Assembly: GCA_016928995.1 (NCBI GenBank)
Contig: JAFGJS010000042.1
Span: 31,726 to 95,725 of the forward strand
Length of the DNA: 64,000 bases
Direction: 5' to 3'
DNA from: Candidatus Sumerlaeota bacterium
Lineage (GTDB): Bacteria > Sumerlaeota > Sumerlaeia > JAFGJS01
Under the pieces are notes generated by a model. The model saw only the letters and a program-made list of their open reading frames with translations. It had not been told where the DNA came from and did no database searches. Positions 28,888 through 38,757 of the stretch are shown here, piece after piece. The translations under genes and the position numbers were made by a program. Each line of letters begins with the position of its first letter. The first letter of the stretch is position 1.

Positions 28888-31800
28888 CTAGGGCAATCGT
28901 GTCAGTTGAATCCGCTGACTGTACATCTGTGTCATCGCCTCTTGCCCTGAAATGGCGGTGCGCACGCCGGTCCACGTTTCGAATCCATCCGCCTGAATCT
29001 CAACGTTATAATCCCCCGCCGGAATGTTGCGGAAAATGGCGAATGTGCCCTGGCCTTGCATACTGATCGCGGCGCTTTGCGTGGATTGGTAAATCATGCT
29101 GAAAAATGCGGCCGACTCCGTCGTCACCACTTCGGGAACAAGCGATAGATCCTGGCCCTGACCGGTCATACGGATCTGCCTTACGGGCATCGTGGAAGTT
29201 GTCGCGGCGTCATTCATGATCATCACGGTCAACAAAACCTCAGGCTCAATCGAGACCTGAAGCTCCAGTGTTTCGTTTTCCACAACCGAGATGGAGAGCT
29301 CCATCGGAGTGATGCGGAATCCAGGAGAAAAGAAGCGCAAGATATAATCTCCAACCATGACGCCGGAAATCGCGCCTGAATTGCCGTTGATCATAAGTTG
29401 CTGCTGACTTCCTACCTCATCGAGTTTATTCGGATCCCCCAGCATGACCATGATGTATTGCGGAGCATGATCCGGATCATAGTTATTGAATGTCACTTTG
29501 ATGTTGCCCAGACCTTCCAGCTTGATCTCGCCCAAATCCTGATCGCCGTAGCGATTGTCGATGTCAATCAGGTTGGGGAATTGCAGGTTTCCACTATTGC
29601 CATACAATTGGATGCGGTAAGAGCCCAGAAAAAGGCCATAGTACTCGATCCGGCCCTGCGCAAAGGGCTGGATCGACGCGCTGTTCGTGAGGGCGTAGGA
29701 GCTGTCATTGATGTTGACTCCTTCATCCGGTTTCAGATTGAGCGTGAGGCTGCGATACGATTGAAAGACCGAGGGATCTTTGGCCGAGAGGTTGAAGGAT
29801 ATTTTATAAATCGGCGGAACCTGCACCTCGCCGCCGTCGATGCTATCATCGGGATTGGCCATGTAAATCCGTTGCGGCAAGCGTAAACTTAGATAGGTTC
29901 CGCTCAGTTGAATCCGGTAATCGCCCTGCATTCTGCCTTGAAAGACGACTTCTCCATCCGCGTTCATGGCGCCGGAGACGGAATATTCGATGCCGCTCTC
30001 CTGAGCCGCCTGGTTGTAGGCCGTGCCAACCAGTTGCACGCTTGAAACGCGCGCCCGGTCTTCGCCGCGCGCGAAGGTCAACCGCAATTTCACCTCGCCG
30101 GATGAGGGCAGCTCAATGTCGCCCAGATCCTGATCCTGCTCCAGATTGTCCAACTCATATACGCCGGGCATTGTTTTGGTTTGAGACATGTTGGTCGCTG
30201 TGCGGTAACTGAGCATAAGCCGGTATTTCCCTTTGAAGCGCCCTTTGATTTCAAGCTGGCCGGCGTCCAGCGTCCCATTATGCGCATAACTATCGATGTT
30301 GTTCCCACTGGGCTGCGCGCCGGAATTGTGATCCCACTGGAGCTGCGGGGAGTGATATTTGTTCCGCGTCTCCTCGGACATGTCCGACGGGAAAATTAAA
30401 CGCGCGCGAATGCTATGCACCGGTTCGAATTGAAAATCCAACTGCTCATTGCCGCTCAGGGAGATCTCTTTCTCATCGTTGTAATGTTTCCGGATGCTCT
30501 GATCATAATAGGAGCATCTCGCCGTATATTCACCCGGCGGCAGGTCTTCGATGCGATACTCGCTGCGGCTGTTCGTTCTTCCCTGGAAAGTGAAATTCGA
30601 ATCGTCCTTGCGCGTCAGGCTGATCCCTACATCGCTTCCTATCCGGCGATCACCGAGCCAGACATTGCCCGTGAGCGCAAGGTAACCGAACTTCGGCTCA
30701 AGATCGATATATTGATCCTCACCCTCTCCCAATTCGGTGGATATGGTGTAGCCGTTATAATAGCCGTCAATCAGCGTGCGGGAAAAATTGATTGAATATC
30801 TGCCCGCATCAAGACCGGTGAAGATAAACTCGCCCTGGCTGTCGCTGCGCGTGGAGCCCATGCTCTGGCCATATCCTTGCGGTGGAGAAAGACGCAGGCT
30901 GAAATCAATATTCGGCTGCGGGACGACGCTGAGAGCGAAACGTCCGGCGATGCTCCCGCCGCGCTGAAGCATGATGCGCAATTCTCCGTCGTCCTGCTTG
31001 TATTGAGCCTGCCGGGCCGAGTCCAGATACAGCCGGACATAATCGGGAACACAGATAAAAATGGTTTTCCCATGCTCAAACTCAAAGCGTCCTTCCGCAT
31101 CCGTCATGTGGCGCTTGTAATCCTCGAAGTAATAAAAATCCAGATTCTTAATCCGATCCCAGTCAAGATTGATGCCGTTGACATTGTTAAAATGTTGCTG
31201 ATAGTCGCTGCGCATACGGGCGGAGACGACCGCGGCTCCGGCGATGGGCGTCGCAGCCGCTGCATCCAGCAACTGGACGCTGATCTGAGAGGTTTTCTTC
31301 AGGCGGAAAACGACTTCCTCCGCATTCTCTTCACGCTGAGGCGTCAAAGCGGCATTCGAGAGGGGGGCGTAGCCTTCGGCGCGGATGATGACGGTCTCCT
31401 GGTTGCTCAATTTCAACGACGTCAGCTTGAAGCGCCCATCGGCGTCGATGATCATTTGTTCATTGTTCGAAGAATACGAGGTTTTGACATAGAACTTCTC
31501 CACGGGCTTTTCGGTTTCATCGTCAATCACGCGGCCAAGCAGGACTCCAGTGGGATTCAGTTTGATCGTGATCGATTGATCAACAGAATAAGTTTCCGTT
31601 TGGTCGCTGCGGTATGTGCCGGGACTTTGTTGAATCAAGACGGAGACGCGCACCGTAGGTCCGGGCAGATCGTCCACGTAAAGCATGCCCGAAGCGTCGG
31701 TGACCAGGCTCTTCTCGGTAGAGATGTCAACTCCGCTTATATGGCCATAAGGCGACGTAGCCGGTTGCATGATTGACAAACGGCAATCGGCGACTGGCTG

Positions 31801-33924
31801 CTCTTCCTCATCGACGACTTTTATTTCCAGCCAGTGGGAGTCTTCCAATTGAAAATCGACGATGGCCGGATCTTCCTCAACGCCTGGACGAACCTGGCTC
31901 TTGAGCACACGGCCCTTGCCCTCGGCGATGCAAACCAGATAGCGATATATATCTCGCGTATCGCATTGTAATTCATAATGTCCCTGCTCGTCGGTCTGGG
32001 TTTTATCGACATTGTTATCCAAACGTTGAATTTGATATTCGCGGCCCCAGGCGACGGTTGCATTAGCAATGGGGCCGCCGCTGGCTTTGTCGGTCACCGT
32101 GCCGGTGAACCATCCAAGTTTCTGCTCCTTGTTGTCATCCGCCGTCGAGTCTGAAGGCAAGAGAACGAGAGTGACGGACGTGGACATCTCCTCCTCGCCA
32201 AACTGCGCCAACACGCGTTCCGATTGCTTGTAGCCGCTTTTTTGGGCCAGAATCAGCGGGGGATTTTTGCGGCTGACATTCTTCACAACGGCCGTTCCAT
32301 CCGGACCGGTTGTTTCGTTCGTGCTGTGCCACGACTGGGATCTGCCCTGTTGAATGATGTATTGAATGTGCGCCCCCTCGACCGGAGTTTGGTTTTCGTC
32401 GATCACGCAAGCCGCAACTGAGCCGCCCGGCTCCAATTCGATGTTGACCTGGCTGCGCTTGTTCAGGGCGGTGTTGAGCGTCAACTCCTGCGATACATAT
32501 CCGTCTTTCGACACATCCAGCCTTAAGTCCGAGCCGATCAAACCGGCGATGTAATAATGCCCGTCCGCGTCAGACGCCGCGTCGATGCGCCGGATGGAAT
32601 CCCTGCCGTTAATTTTCGCGTCCGGAATGCCCGCTTGAGTGGATTCATCGAGAATCAAGCCTTCGATCAACGATCCGTCTTTCAGCGTCAGGCGGATCGG
32701 ACCGTTGTCCTCATGCGGAACGATGACAATGTTCTCGATGTCCTTTTCATCCGTGAATGAAGAGTGAACGCCCAGAATGGCGATCAGCTGGACTTCTTTT
32801 TGATCCTTAAGCCCAATGCGGAAGCTCCCCTCATCGTCCGCCGTGGTTTCCAGATCGCCTTTCAGCGAACGCACCTGCGCCCCGGCGCCGTTGCGTTGCG
32901 GATCGTCAGCGTAGGTCACCGTGCCATAAATGGCGCCGCGTCGTATAAGGGAGATCGTCGCCGGAAAATCACCGGGCGTCAGGCTCAGTTCAACGGGCTT
33001 TTCAGCGTCCTCATGATCCGCCAAGAGTTGAATCGAAGCCGCTTGCCTGGGAATCATGATCTCAGCTGCGCCGTCCGCGCCGGTGAGCATTGTGCTGCTC
33101 CATCGTCCGTCATCCAGCATGCCGCTGAGCGTGATCGTCGTTCCGGCGGCTCCAGCGCGAGAATGCTCCCATTGCGCTTTCGCCGTCACGGATTCCGCGT
33201 CCTTTTCCCATCCCTTGCTGACGCGCACAATACGGAATTTGTCAAAATCCATCCGGTCGGATTCGAAAACGAGCTTGAAGGTATGCGTTCCGCTGCTGAG
33301 CTCGAAACTGCTGAGAGTCAGCGTGGAAGGCTCATCCCATGCGCCGGTGTTGGCGACCTTCCCCCTGGCGACGGTTTTCCCGCCGGCTTCAAGGTGAAAC
33401 CGGCGATCATCCAGCGGCGTGCTGATCTTGACGTCCGCCTGATAGAAGCCCGTTTCCGGCACGCGCAAGGTGTACGCCAGCCACTCGCCTGTTCGGATGT
33501 AGCCGACGCAAAACAGCCCCGGCTTGTGATTGACAATATCCACGGCGTCGTTGCGATCGCCTTTGCCGCCTTCATTGTTCGCGGTCATATCGTGGAAGCC
33601 GAAGCCTTCGCCTCCCGGATCATAGGACTCGGCTTCGATCCAGCCATCCAGGATGGAGCGGATCTCCAAGGCTGTTGATGTCGGTTTTTCCGAAGCTTCC
33701 ACACCTGGCTGCTGCTCTTGCGTCGCCGGCTCGATAACACTTTGCTCTTCTGATGAAATGTTGTTTGAAACTGTGCCGGTGGAAGCTGCGTCATCGACGG
33801 CAACGGTGTTTTCAACAGCGGACTTTACCTGCGTCAGCGGCGCCGCCTCTTTGCCGGAATCGCACGCGGCGAAGGTCAGCGCAATGACAACAAACAAGCA
33901 AACCGTAAAGTGAAGCGTTCTCAT
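28888..33924 (-). CDS. Giant secreted lipoprotein: CBM6/35-like carbohydrate-binding module followed by many CarboxypepD_reg-like beta-sandwich repeats
   Basis: 1678 aa. Lipobox LTFAAC|DSG. CBM-like segment IEAESYDPGGEGFGFHD...GEWLAYTLRVPETGFYQADVKIS...HTFKLVF. Then reiterated ~80-100-aa units with G.V.D....P(V/I).GA.V-type starts (GTVTDKASGGPIANATV, GRVIDDETEKPVEKFYV, ACVIDENQTPVEGAHI...). Confidence 0.8.
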   Translation of the reverse strand: MRTLHFTVCLFVVIALTFAACDSGKEAAPLTQVKSAVENTVAVDDAASTGTVSNNISSEEQSVIEPATQEQQPGVEASEKPTSTALEIRSILDGWIEAESYDPGGEGFGFHDMTANNEGGKGDRNDAVDIVNHKPGLFCVGYIRTGEWLAYTLRVPETGFYQADVKISTPLDDRRFHLEAGGKTVARGKVANTGAWDEPSTLTLSSFELSSGTHTFKLVFESDRMDFDKFRIVRVSKGWEKDAESVTAKAQWEHSRAGAAGTTITLSGMLDDGRWSSTMLTGADGAAEIMIPRQAASIQLLADHEDAEKPVELSLTPGDFPATISLIRRGAIYGTVTYADDPQRNGAGAQVRSLKGDLETTADDEGSFRIGLKDQKEVQLIAILGVHSSFTDEKDIENIVIVPHEDNGPIRLTLKDGSLIEGLILDESTQAGIPDAKINGRDSIRRIDAASDADGHYYIAGLIGSDLRLDVSKDGYVSQELTLNTALNKRSQVNIELEPGGSVAACVIDENQTPVEGAHIQYIIQQGRSQSWHSTNETTGPDGTAVVKNVSRKNPPLILAQKSGYKQSERVLAQFGEEEMSTSVTLVLLPSDSTADDNKEQKLGWFTGTVTDKASGGPIANATVAWGREYQIQRLDNNVDKTQTDEQGHYELQCDTRDIYRYLVCIAEGKGRVLKSQVRPGVEEDPAIVDFQLEDSHWLEIKVVDEEEQPVADCRLSIMQPATSPYGHISGVDISTEKSLVTDASGMLYVDDLPGPTVRVSVLIQQSPGTYRSDQTETYSVDQSITIKLNPTGVLLGRVIDDETEKPVEKFYVKTSYSSNNEQMIIDADGRFKLTSLKLSNQETVIIRAEGYAPLSNAALTPQREENAEEVVFRLKKTSQISVQLLDAAAATPIAGAAVVSARMRSDYQQHFNNVNGINLDWDRIKNLDFYYFEDYKRHMTDAEGRFEFEHGKTIFICVPDYVRLYLDSARQAQYKQDDGELRIMLQRGGSIAGRFALSVVPQPNIDFSLRLSPPQGYGQSMGSTRSDSQGEFIFTGLDAGRYSINFSRTLIDGYYNGYTISTELGEGEDQYIDLEPKFGYLALTGNVWLGDRRIGSDVGISLTRKDDSNFTFQGRTNSRSEYRIEDLPPGEYTARCSYYDQSIRKHYNDEKEISLSGNEQLDFQFEPVHSIRARLIFPSDMSEETRNKYHSPQLQWDHNSGAQPSGNNIDSYAHNGTLDAGQLEIKGRFKGKYRLMLSYRTATNMSQTKTMPGVYELDNLEQDQDLGDIELPSSGEVKLRLTFARGEDRARVSSVQLVGTAYNQAAQESGIEYSVSGAMNADGEVVFQGRMQGDYRIQLSGTYLSLRLPQRIYMANPDDSIDGGEVQVPPIYKISFNLSAKDPSVFQSYRSLTLNLKPDEGVNINDSSYALTNSASIQPFAQGRIEYYGLFLGSYRIQLYGNSGNLQFPNLIDIDNRYGDQDLGEIKLEGLGNIKVTFNNYDPDHAPQYIMVMLGDPNKLDEVGSQQQLMINGNSGAISGVMVGDYILRFFSPGFRITPMELSISVVENETLELQVSIEPEVLLTVMIMNDAATTSTMPVRQIRMTGQGQDLSLVPEVVTTESAAFFSMIYQSTQSAAISMQGQGTFAIFRNIPAGDYNVEIQADGFETWTGVRTAISGQEAMTQMYSQRIQLTRLP

Positions 33925-34244
33925 CGATGCCCCCTCATGTATATTGAGAATAAAGACATATCATTCAACAAGCATCCTGCGAATCAATGTTTAGACGCTG
34001 AAACAATCAATATGTTGCAAAAAAATTCAACTCTTCCGTCAGTCATTGTAATCAAAAAGAACGACGGCGCAAAGAAAATCACATCGCCGATATACTCATA
34101 TCGTCGTCGCGTGTTTTCCATATAGACCACGAGATCACATGATATTGCCCCGAAGACAACCCTTTATTTTCGAGTCTTTTTGATCTCAAAAGGCATGCAA
34201 TTTCCGAAATCGTTCACAAAGCGGGGATTTAGGTTGAAAGGGGC

Positions 34245-34273
34245 TTGACAGTGAAAAGGCAACTCTCGATAGT
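34245..34273 (+). promoter_or_regulatory. Sigma70-like promoter candidate for acs, TTGACA-17 nt-GATAGT
   Basis: ggggcTTGACAgtgaaaaggcaactctcGATAGTgac, ~120 nt upstream of the acs ATG in an AT-rich divergent intergenic region. Motif match only. Confidence 0.3.
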
Positions 34274-34396
34274 GACTTTCGGGAGAAAAGTGTCCCGAAG
34301 TATCGTGATCTTTTTTGATTTTCGTTTTTACGGATCAAAGAAAAATCAAGCACGTTTTTCGTTATCAAAATCATAAGCAAGAAAGGAAAGGCCGTT

Positions 34397-36346
34397 ATGA
34401 CGGAAAAAGCGGAATTCGCTAATCTGTTGCAGGAATCCCGAATGTTCGAACCCTCCGAGGCGTTCAAGGCGCAGGCGAACGTAAACGACAACTCGCTTTA
34501 CGAACGCGCCGATGAAGACTTTGAAGGGTATTGGGAGGATCGTGCTCGTGAGTTGGAATGGTTCCAACCGTGGAACACGGTGTTAACCTGGGAGCCGCCG
34601 CATTGCAAATGGTTTGAGGGCGGCAAATTGAATATCTGCCACAACGCTCTGGACCGGCACCTGGATGGACCACGCCGGAATAAAGCAGCGATAATCTGGG
34701 AGGGCGAAAACTACGACACGCGCACGCTGACCTACTTGCAGCTGCACCGTGAAGTCTGTCAGTTTGCCAATGTCTTGAAGGGATTGGGAGTCAAGAAGGG
34801 CGACCGCGTCGCGATCTATCTGCCGATGGTCGTCGAAGCGGCCGTGGCCATGCTGGCCTGCGCGCGCATCGGCGCGATTCACAGCGTCGTCTTCGGCGGC
34901 TTTGCGCCGGAATCCCTGCGCGACCGCATCAACGACTGCGAGGCCAAGGTGCTCGTGACCGAAGACGGCAGCACCCGCCGCGGCAAAGCGTTGCTGCTCA
35001 AAGATACCGCCGACAAGGCTCTGGAAGAGACGCCATGCATAAAAAAAGTCGTCGTCGTCAAACGCCCGTACGGCGATCCGTATCAATGCACCATGAAAGA
35101 AGGCCGCGACCTGTGGTATCATGATCTGATGGCCAAAGCCGATACGGACTGCCCCTGCGAGGAAATGGACGCCGAAGATCCACTGTTCATCCTTTACACC
35201 TCCGGCACCACCGGCAAGCCCAAGGGCGTCGTTCACACGACAGGCGGCTATGCCGTCGGCGCGCACTCGACGTGCAAATACGTTTTCGACATGAAAGACA
35301 CGGATATTTTCTGGTGCACGGCGGACGTCGGTTGGGTCACCGGGCATACATATATTGCTTATGGCCCTCTGATGAACGGCGTGACACAGATCATGTTCGA
35401 GGGCGTGCCGAACCATCCGCACAACGGACGTTTCTGGGAAGTCATCGAAAAATATCGTGTGACGATTTTCTATACGGCGCCCACGGCGATCCGCGCCTTC
35501 ATGAAATGGGGCGAAGAAATTCCGCAAAAATTCGACCTTTCCAGTCTGCGCTTGTTGGGATCGGTGGGAGAGCCGATCAATCCCGAAGCGTGGATCTGGT
35601 ATCATACCTATATCGGCCGCGAGGGCTGCCCGATCGTGGACACGTGGTGGCAGACTGAAACCGGCTCGATCTTGATGTCCAACCTGCCCGGCGTCAATGG
35701 CATGAAACCGGGCAAAGCGGGGCTTGCGCTGCCCGGCGTCTGCATCGAGATTGTGGACGATCAGTGCAATCCGCTCGCGACTGGCAGCGGCCTGCTGGTC
35801 ATCAAGAAACCATGGCCGTCCATGCTGCGGACGATCTGGGGCGATGATCAGCGTCTCATCGACACGTACTTCAGCAAATGGGACATTCAAACCTATTTCG
35901 CGGGCGACGGAGCCACGCGCGACGAAGACGGCTACATCATGGTGCTGGGCCGCGTGGACGACGTGCTGAACGTATCGGGCCACCGCATCGGCACGATGGA
36001 AATCGAGTCCGTGCTCGTTGAGCATCCCAAAGTGGCCGAGGCCGCGGTTGTCGGCAAACAACACGAGATCAAGGGACAGGCCATCGTGGCTTACGTGTCG
36101 TACAAGGGCGACGTGAGCCATGTTTCCGAAGCCGACATCGCCGAACTGAAAAAGTTCGTCGCGGACAAGATCGGCGCTATCGCGCGTCCGGATGAGATTT
36201 ACGTGTCGCACGATCTGCCCAAGACGCGTTCGGGCAAGATCATGCGCCGCTTGCTGCGCGACATCGCCGAGGGACGCGAACTCGGCGACACCACGACGCT
36301 GGCCGACCCGAGCGTCGTGGAGGAAATCCGCAAGCAACTCGCCTGA
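34397..36346 (+). CDS. acs: Acetyl-coenzyme A synthetase
   Basis: 649 aa. AMP-binding motif [12 protein letters not shown], ...WWQTETG..., C-terminal [11 protein letters not shown]. Confidence 0.95.
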   Translation: MTEKAEFANLLQESRMFEPSEAFKAQANVNDNSLYERADEDFEGYWEDRARELEWFQPWNTVLTWEPPHCKWFEGGKLNICHNALDRHLDGPRRNKAAIIWEGENYDTRTLTYLQLHREVCQFANVLKGLGVKKGDRVAIYLPMVVEAAVAMLACARIGAIHSVVFGGFAPESLRDRINDCEAKVLVTEDGSTRRGKALLLKDTADKALEETPCIKKVVVVKRPYGDPYQCTMKEGRDLWYHDLMAKADTDCPCEEMDAEDPLFILYTSGTTGKPKGVVHTTGGYAVGAHSTCKYVFDMKDTDIFWCTADVGWVTGHTYIAYGPLMNGVTQIMFEGVPNHPHNGRFWEVIEKYRVTIFYTAPTAIRAFMKWGEEIPQKFDLSSLRLLGSVGEPINPEAWIWYHTYIGREGCPIVDTWWQTETGSILMSNLPGVNGMKPGKAGLALPGVCIEIVDDQCNPLATGSGLLVIKKPWPSMLRTIWGDDQRLIDTYFSKWDIQTYFAGDGATRDEDGYIMVLGRVDDVLNVSGHRIGTMEIESVLVEHPKVAEAAVVGKQHEIKGQAIVAYVSYKGDVSHVSEADIAELKKFVADKIGAIARPDEIYVSHDLPKTRSGKIMRRLLRDIAEGRELGDTTTLADPSVVEEIRKQLA

Positions 36347-36374
36347 TCGCATTCAAAGCGGTTGAAAATCCAAA

Positions 36375-36410
36375 CCGGGCTTCCGTGTTTTTCCGGAAGC
36401 CCGGTTTTTT
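36375..36410 (+). terminator. Rho-independent terminator after acs, shared with the convergent gene
   Basis: ccgggcttccg-tgtttttc-cggaagcccgg followed by tttttt. 11-bp GC-rich stem, ~30 nt after the acs stop. Confidence 0.8.
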
Positions 36411-36458
36411 AGTATCGGCGTTTAATCGGCCGCAGCTTATCCTGCCGTCAAACGATCA

Positions 36459-37073
36459 TCACTGCTGCCTGCCTTCGATGGCGCAAAGCAGGATTGCGGC
36501 GGCGATGCCGAGACGGCGGTCCAGCAGCCCTTCCGTATCCATGGAAAAATCGAGATTGATCTTCATCACGAATGGATTGAAGTTCTGTCTGAACTCGCAA
36601 ATCTGCCGTCCTTCGATCTCCCCGCTGAAAGACTGTGGAATCAGGTTGGTCAGAAAACGGCGAACCAAAGCCAGCGCGGTGCTGTCCTCTTTGATCAATC
36701 CGATCTCACGATCCTCTGGATCCAGAATGATCCATTCATCCTTCAAGATCGACTTCATTCCCTTGCGCTTCAGCGCTCCCACCTTGGTATTGTAGAGGGG
36801 ATCGACGACGTCATACGCAGCAGAAAAATCGATGATGTTTCGAGCCTGGATCGTTAGAACCTCCGTCCGCATGTCCTCGCTGGTGTATACCCGGATGTCC
36901 TCTTTTAATTTGAACGCCTTCAGCTTGGAGTAAAACGCCACTTCGCCATTGGGATCATAAATGTGGAACGCCGCGCCGAAAATCTTGAAGATTTTCCTGC
37001 GCACCAGATAACTGTCATGCAGAAAAACGCCCTGAAGCCCGGACTGCCCGCCGGAAAAATCACCGTATGCCAT
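36459..37073 (-). CDS. Scramblase/LURP-one-related (tubby C-terminal-like) family protein
   Basis: 204 aa, ...LVRRKIFKIFGAAFHIYDPNGEVAFYSKLKAFKLKEDIRVY... This is the repeating beta-hairpin pattern typical of that family. Assigned from memory of family features. Confidence 0.5.
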   Translation of the reverse strand: MAYGDFSGGQSGLQGVFLHDSYLVRRKIFKIFGAAFHIYDPNGEVAFYSKLKAFKLKEDIRVYTSEDMRTEVLTIQARNIIDFSAAYDVVDPLYNTKVGALKRKGMKSILKDEWIILDPEDREIGLIKEDSTALALVRRFLTNLIPQSFSGEIEGRQICEFRQNFNPFVMKINLDFSMDTEGLLDRRLGIAAAILLCAIEGRQQ

Positions 37074-37305
37074 CGTTATTCTCCTTTTGCGTTCTTGTTT
37101 CCACGAGCGCGATTCAACTCCATCATAATCTCTGGCGGTTGAATCTAATCAATATGAGCAGCTCCAAGCAAGCGCTAAATATTGACCGGACTCCATCCAT
37201 GAAAGGCTGATTGTCATCCATGCCTTTCCCGATCGGTTTGAGCATAATTATTGATATTGCCCGGTCGTCGAATTATCATCCAGACAAAATCATACACCGA
37301 AAAGG

Positions 37306-38724
37306 ATGCCGATGTTACAACGGTTTGACTTTCCAATTTCGCGCTGGCTCGTTGTAGCAGTGCTTACAATGTCCAGTTTCATCGCCTTCGCTCAGACGCA
37401 GTCGCTTGAAATCACCATCAGTCCCGATGCGCGCGGACGGACTTATCTGGGTCTCGGCTCGGGATGCATCTTTTATCAAGGACACCTGGTGCGCGGCGTG
37501 CCCTCCGGATTGCGCGAGCAAACTTATGACCATCTGTTTTCCGACATCCCCATGGAATACTTGATGATCTGGTTTCGCCCGAACGAGGAGATGAATGACA
37601 ATGACGATCCGTCCGAACTGAACCTGGATGCGTTTACCCATCGCCGCACGAACGTCGATGAATATGTGGAAGTAATCAACCAGGCGCGGCAGCGACAGCC
37701 CGATATCAAGCTGATCGCCACGGTTTACTCTCCGCCCGCCTGGCTGAAAACGAATAAGTCTATCTACGGCGGCGGCTCGCTCGACACATCGGTGCAAAAC
37801 GCATATGATGAGTTCGGCGAATTCGTCTTTGCCTATATGCTGCTCTTCAAGGAGCAGGGCGTCGCGTTCGATGCGCTGATGCTGACGAATGAGCCGGACT
37901 TCGAGTTGACGCATGAAGACGCGAGTTACACGCCCGAGCAACTGCGCGAGCTGCACAAGCGCACAGTGCATCACCTTCGCGAGCTCATCGACGGCTCGCA
38001 AAACACCGCCGGCGTGACGATGCCGAAAATCATCGCGCCTTCCACAATCGACCTGAAAAAGACGAATGAGTACATCAATGCGTTAAAGGCTGACAGCGAA
38101 GCTTGGGACAACGTGGACTGGATCAGCACGCATCAATACACCAATTCCACGCTGGACCGCTTCAGGGAAATCGAACAAAACATCGAAGGCAAGCCATTCA
38201 TCATGAGCGAATGGCACAGCGCGAACAACGGCGACATCGATCTGCCGATCATTGAGGTGATGGAGCAGACCCACGCCATGATCACGGCGTTTAACGGCGG
38301 AGTGAATTCATACTGGTGGTTCGAACTGGGACATCCGGAAAACACCATTGCGGGCGTCATCCATACGCCCTGGGGATGGCCGCCGGAGTATGGCAAAACC
38401 TTTCACAGTTGGCGGCAATGGGCGAATCTGACGCCTGTCGGCTCCGTCAGAGTCGATGTCGCGCTCACCGGTCATACGCCAAGAGATTGGGATTGCGTCG
38501 CGTTTGAAAAGGACGGCGTCATCACTTTCCATCTGCGCAACGGCGGCTTGAAACAACCGGTCAGGATCAACGTCGCGGATCAAACCATCCGCTCAGTTGA
38601 ATATTGGCGCACGACCGCAGCATACGACTACATTCAATGTCCGCCTGTAGTTCCCGATGACAGCGCAATCACGCTGAATATCGAATCGCTCAGTTTTAAC
38701 ACGTTGATCATCCGCGCGGATTAA
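37306..38724 (+). CDS. Secreted glycoside hydrolase, GH30-like (TIM barrel plus C-terminal beta-sandwich)
   Basis: Signal peptide ...SSFIAFAQTQ. LTNEPDF (acid/base NEP) and IMSEWHS (nucleophile SE) motifs. C-terminal beta-rich ~90 aa. Confidence 0.55.
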   Translation: MPMLQRFDFPISRWLVVAVLTMSSFIAFAQTQSLEITISPDARGRTYLGLGSGCIFYQGHLVRGVPSGLREQTYDHLFSDIPMEYLMIWFRPNEEMNDNDDPSELNLDAFTHRRTNVDEYVEVINQARQRQPDIKLIATVYSPPAWLKTNKSIYGGGSLDTSVQNAYDEFGEFVFAYMLLFKEQGVAFDALMLTNEPDFELTHEDASYTPEQLRELHKRTVHHLRELIDGSQNTAGVTMPKIIAPSTIDLKKTNEYINALKADSEAWDNVDWISTHQYTNSTLDRFREIEQNIEGKPFIMSEWHSANNGDIDLPIIEVMEQTHAMITAFNGGVNSYWWFELGHPENTIAGVIHTPWGWPPEYGKTFHSWRQWANLTPVGSVRVDVALTGHTPRDWDCVAFEKDGVITFHLRNGGLKQPVRINVADQTIRSVEYWRTTAAYDYIQCPPVVPDDSAITLNIESLSFNTLIIRAD

Positions 38725-38757
38725 GGGGAAGCATGGCGCGGCGGAATTTTCGCTCGC

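Noticed and set aside
33925-34396. Small ORFs (33910-34125 +, 34186-34491 -) in the AT-rich region between the giant lipoprotein gene and acs.
   Set aside because: They have low-complexity, AT-driven composition, no SD sequences and overlapping frames. The region is better explained as a divergent promoter region.
34583-36352. 589-aa minus-strand ORF.
   Set aside because: It lies fully antisense to acs ([12 protein letters not shown] and other motifs). It is Arg/Ala/His/Asp-rich and has no recognisable domain.
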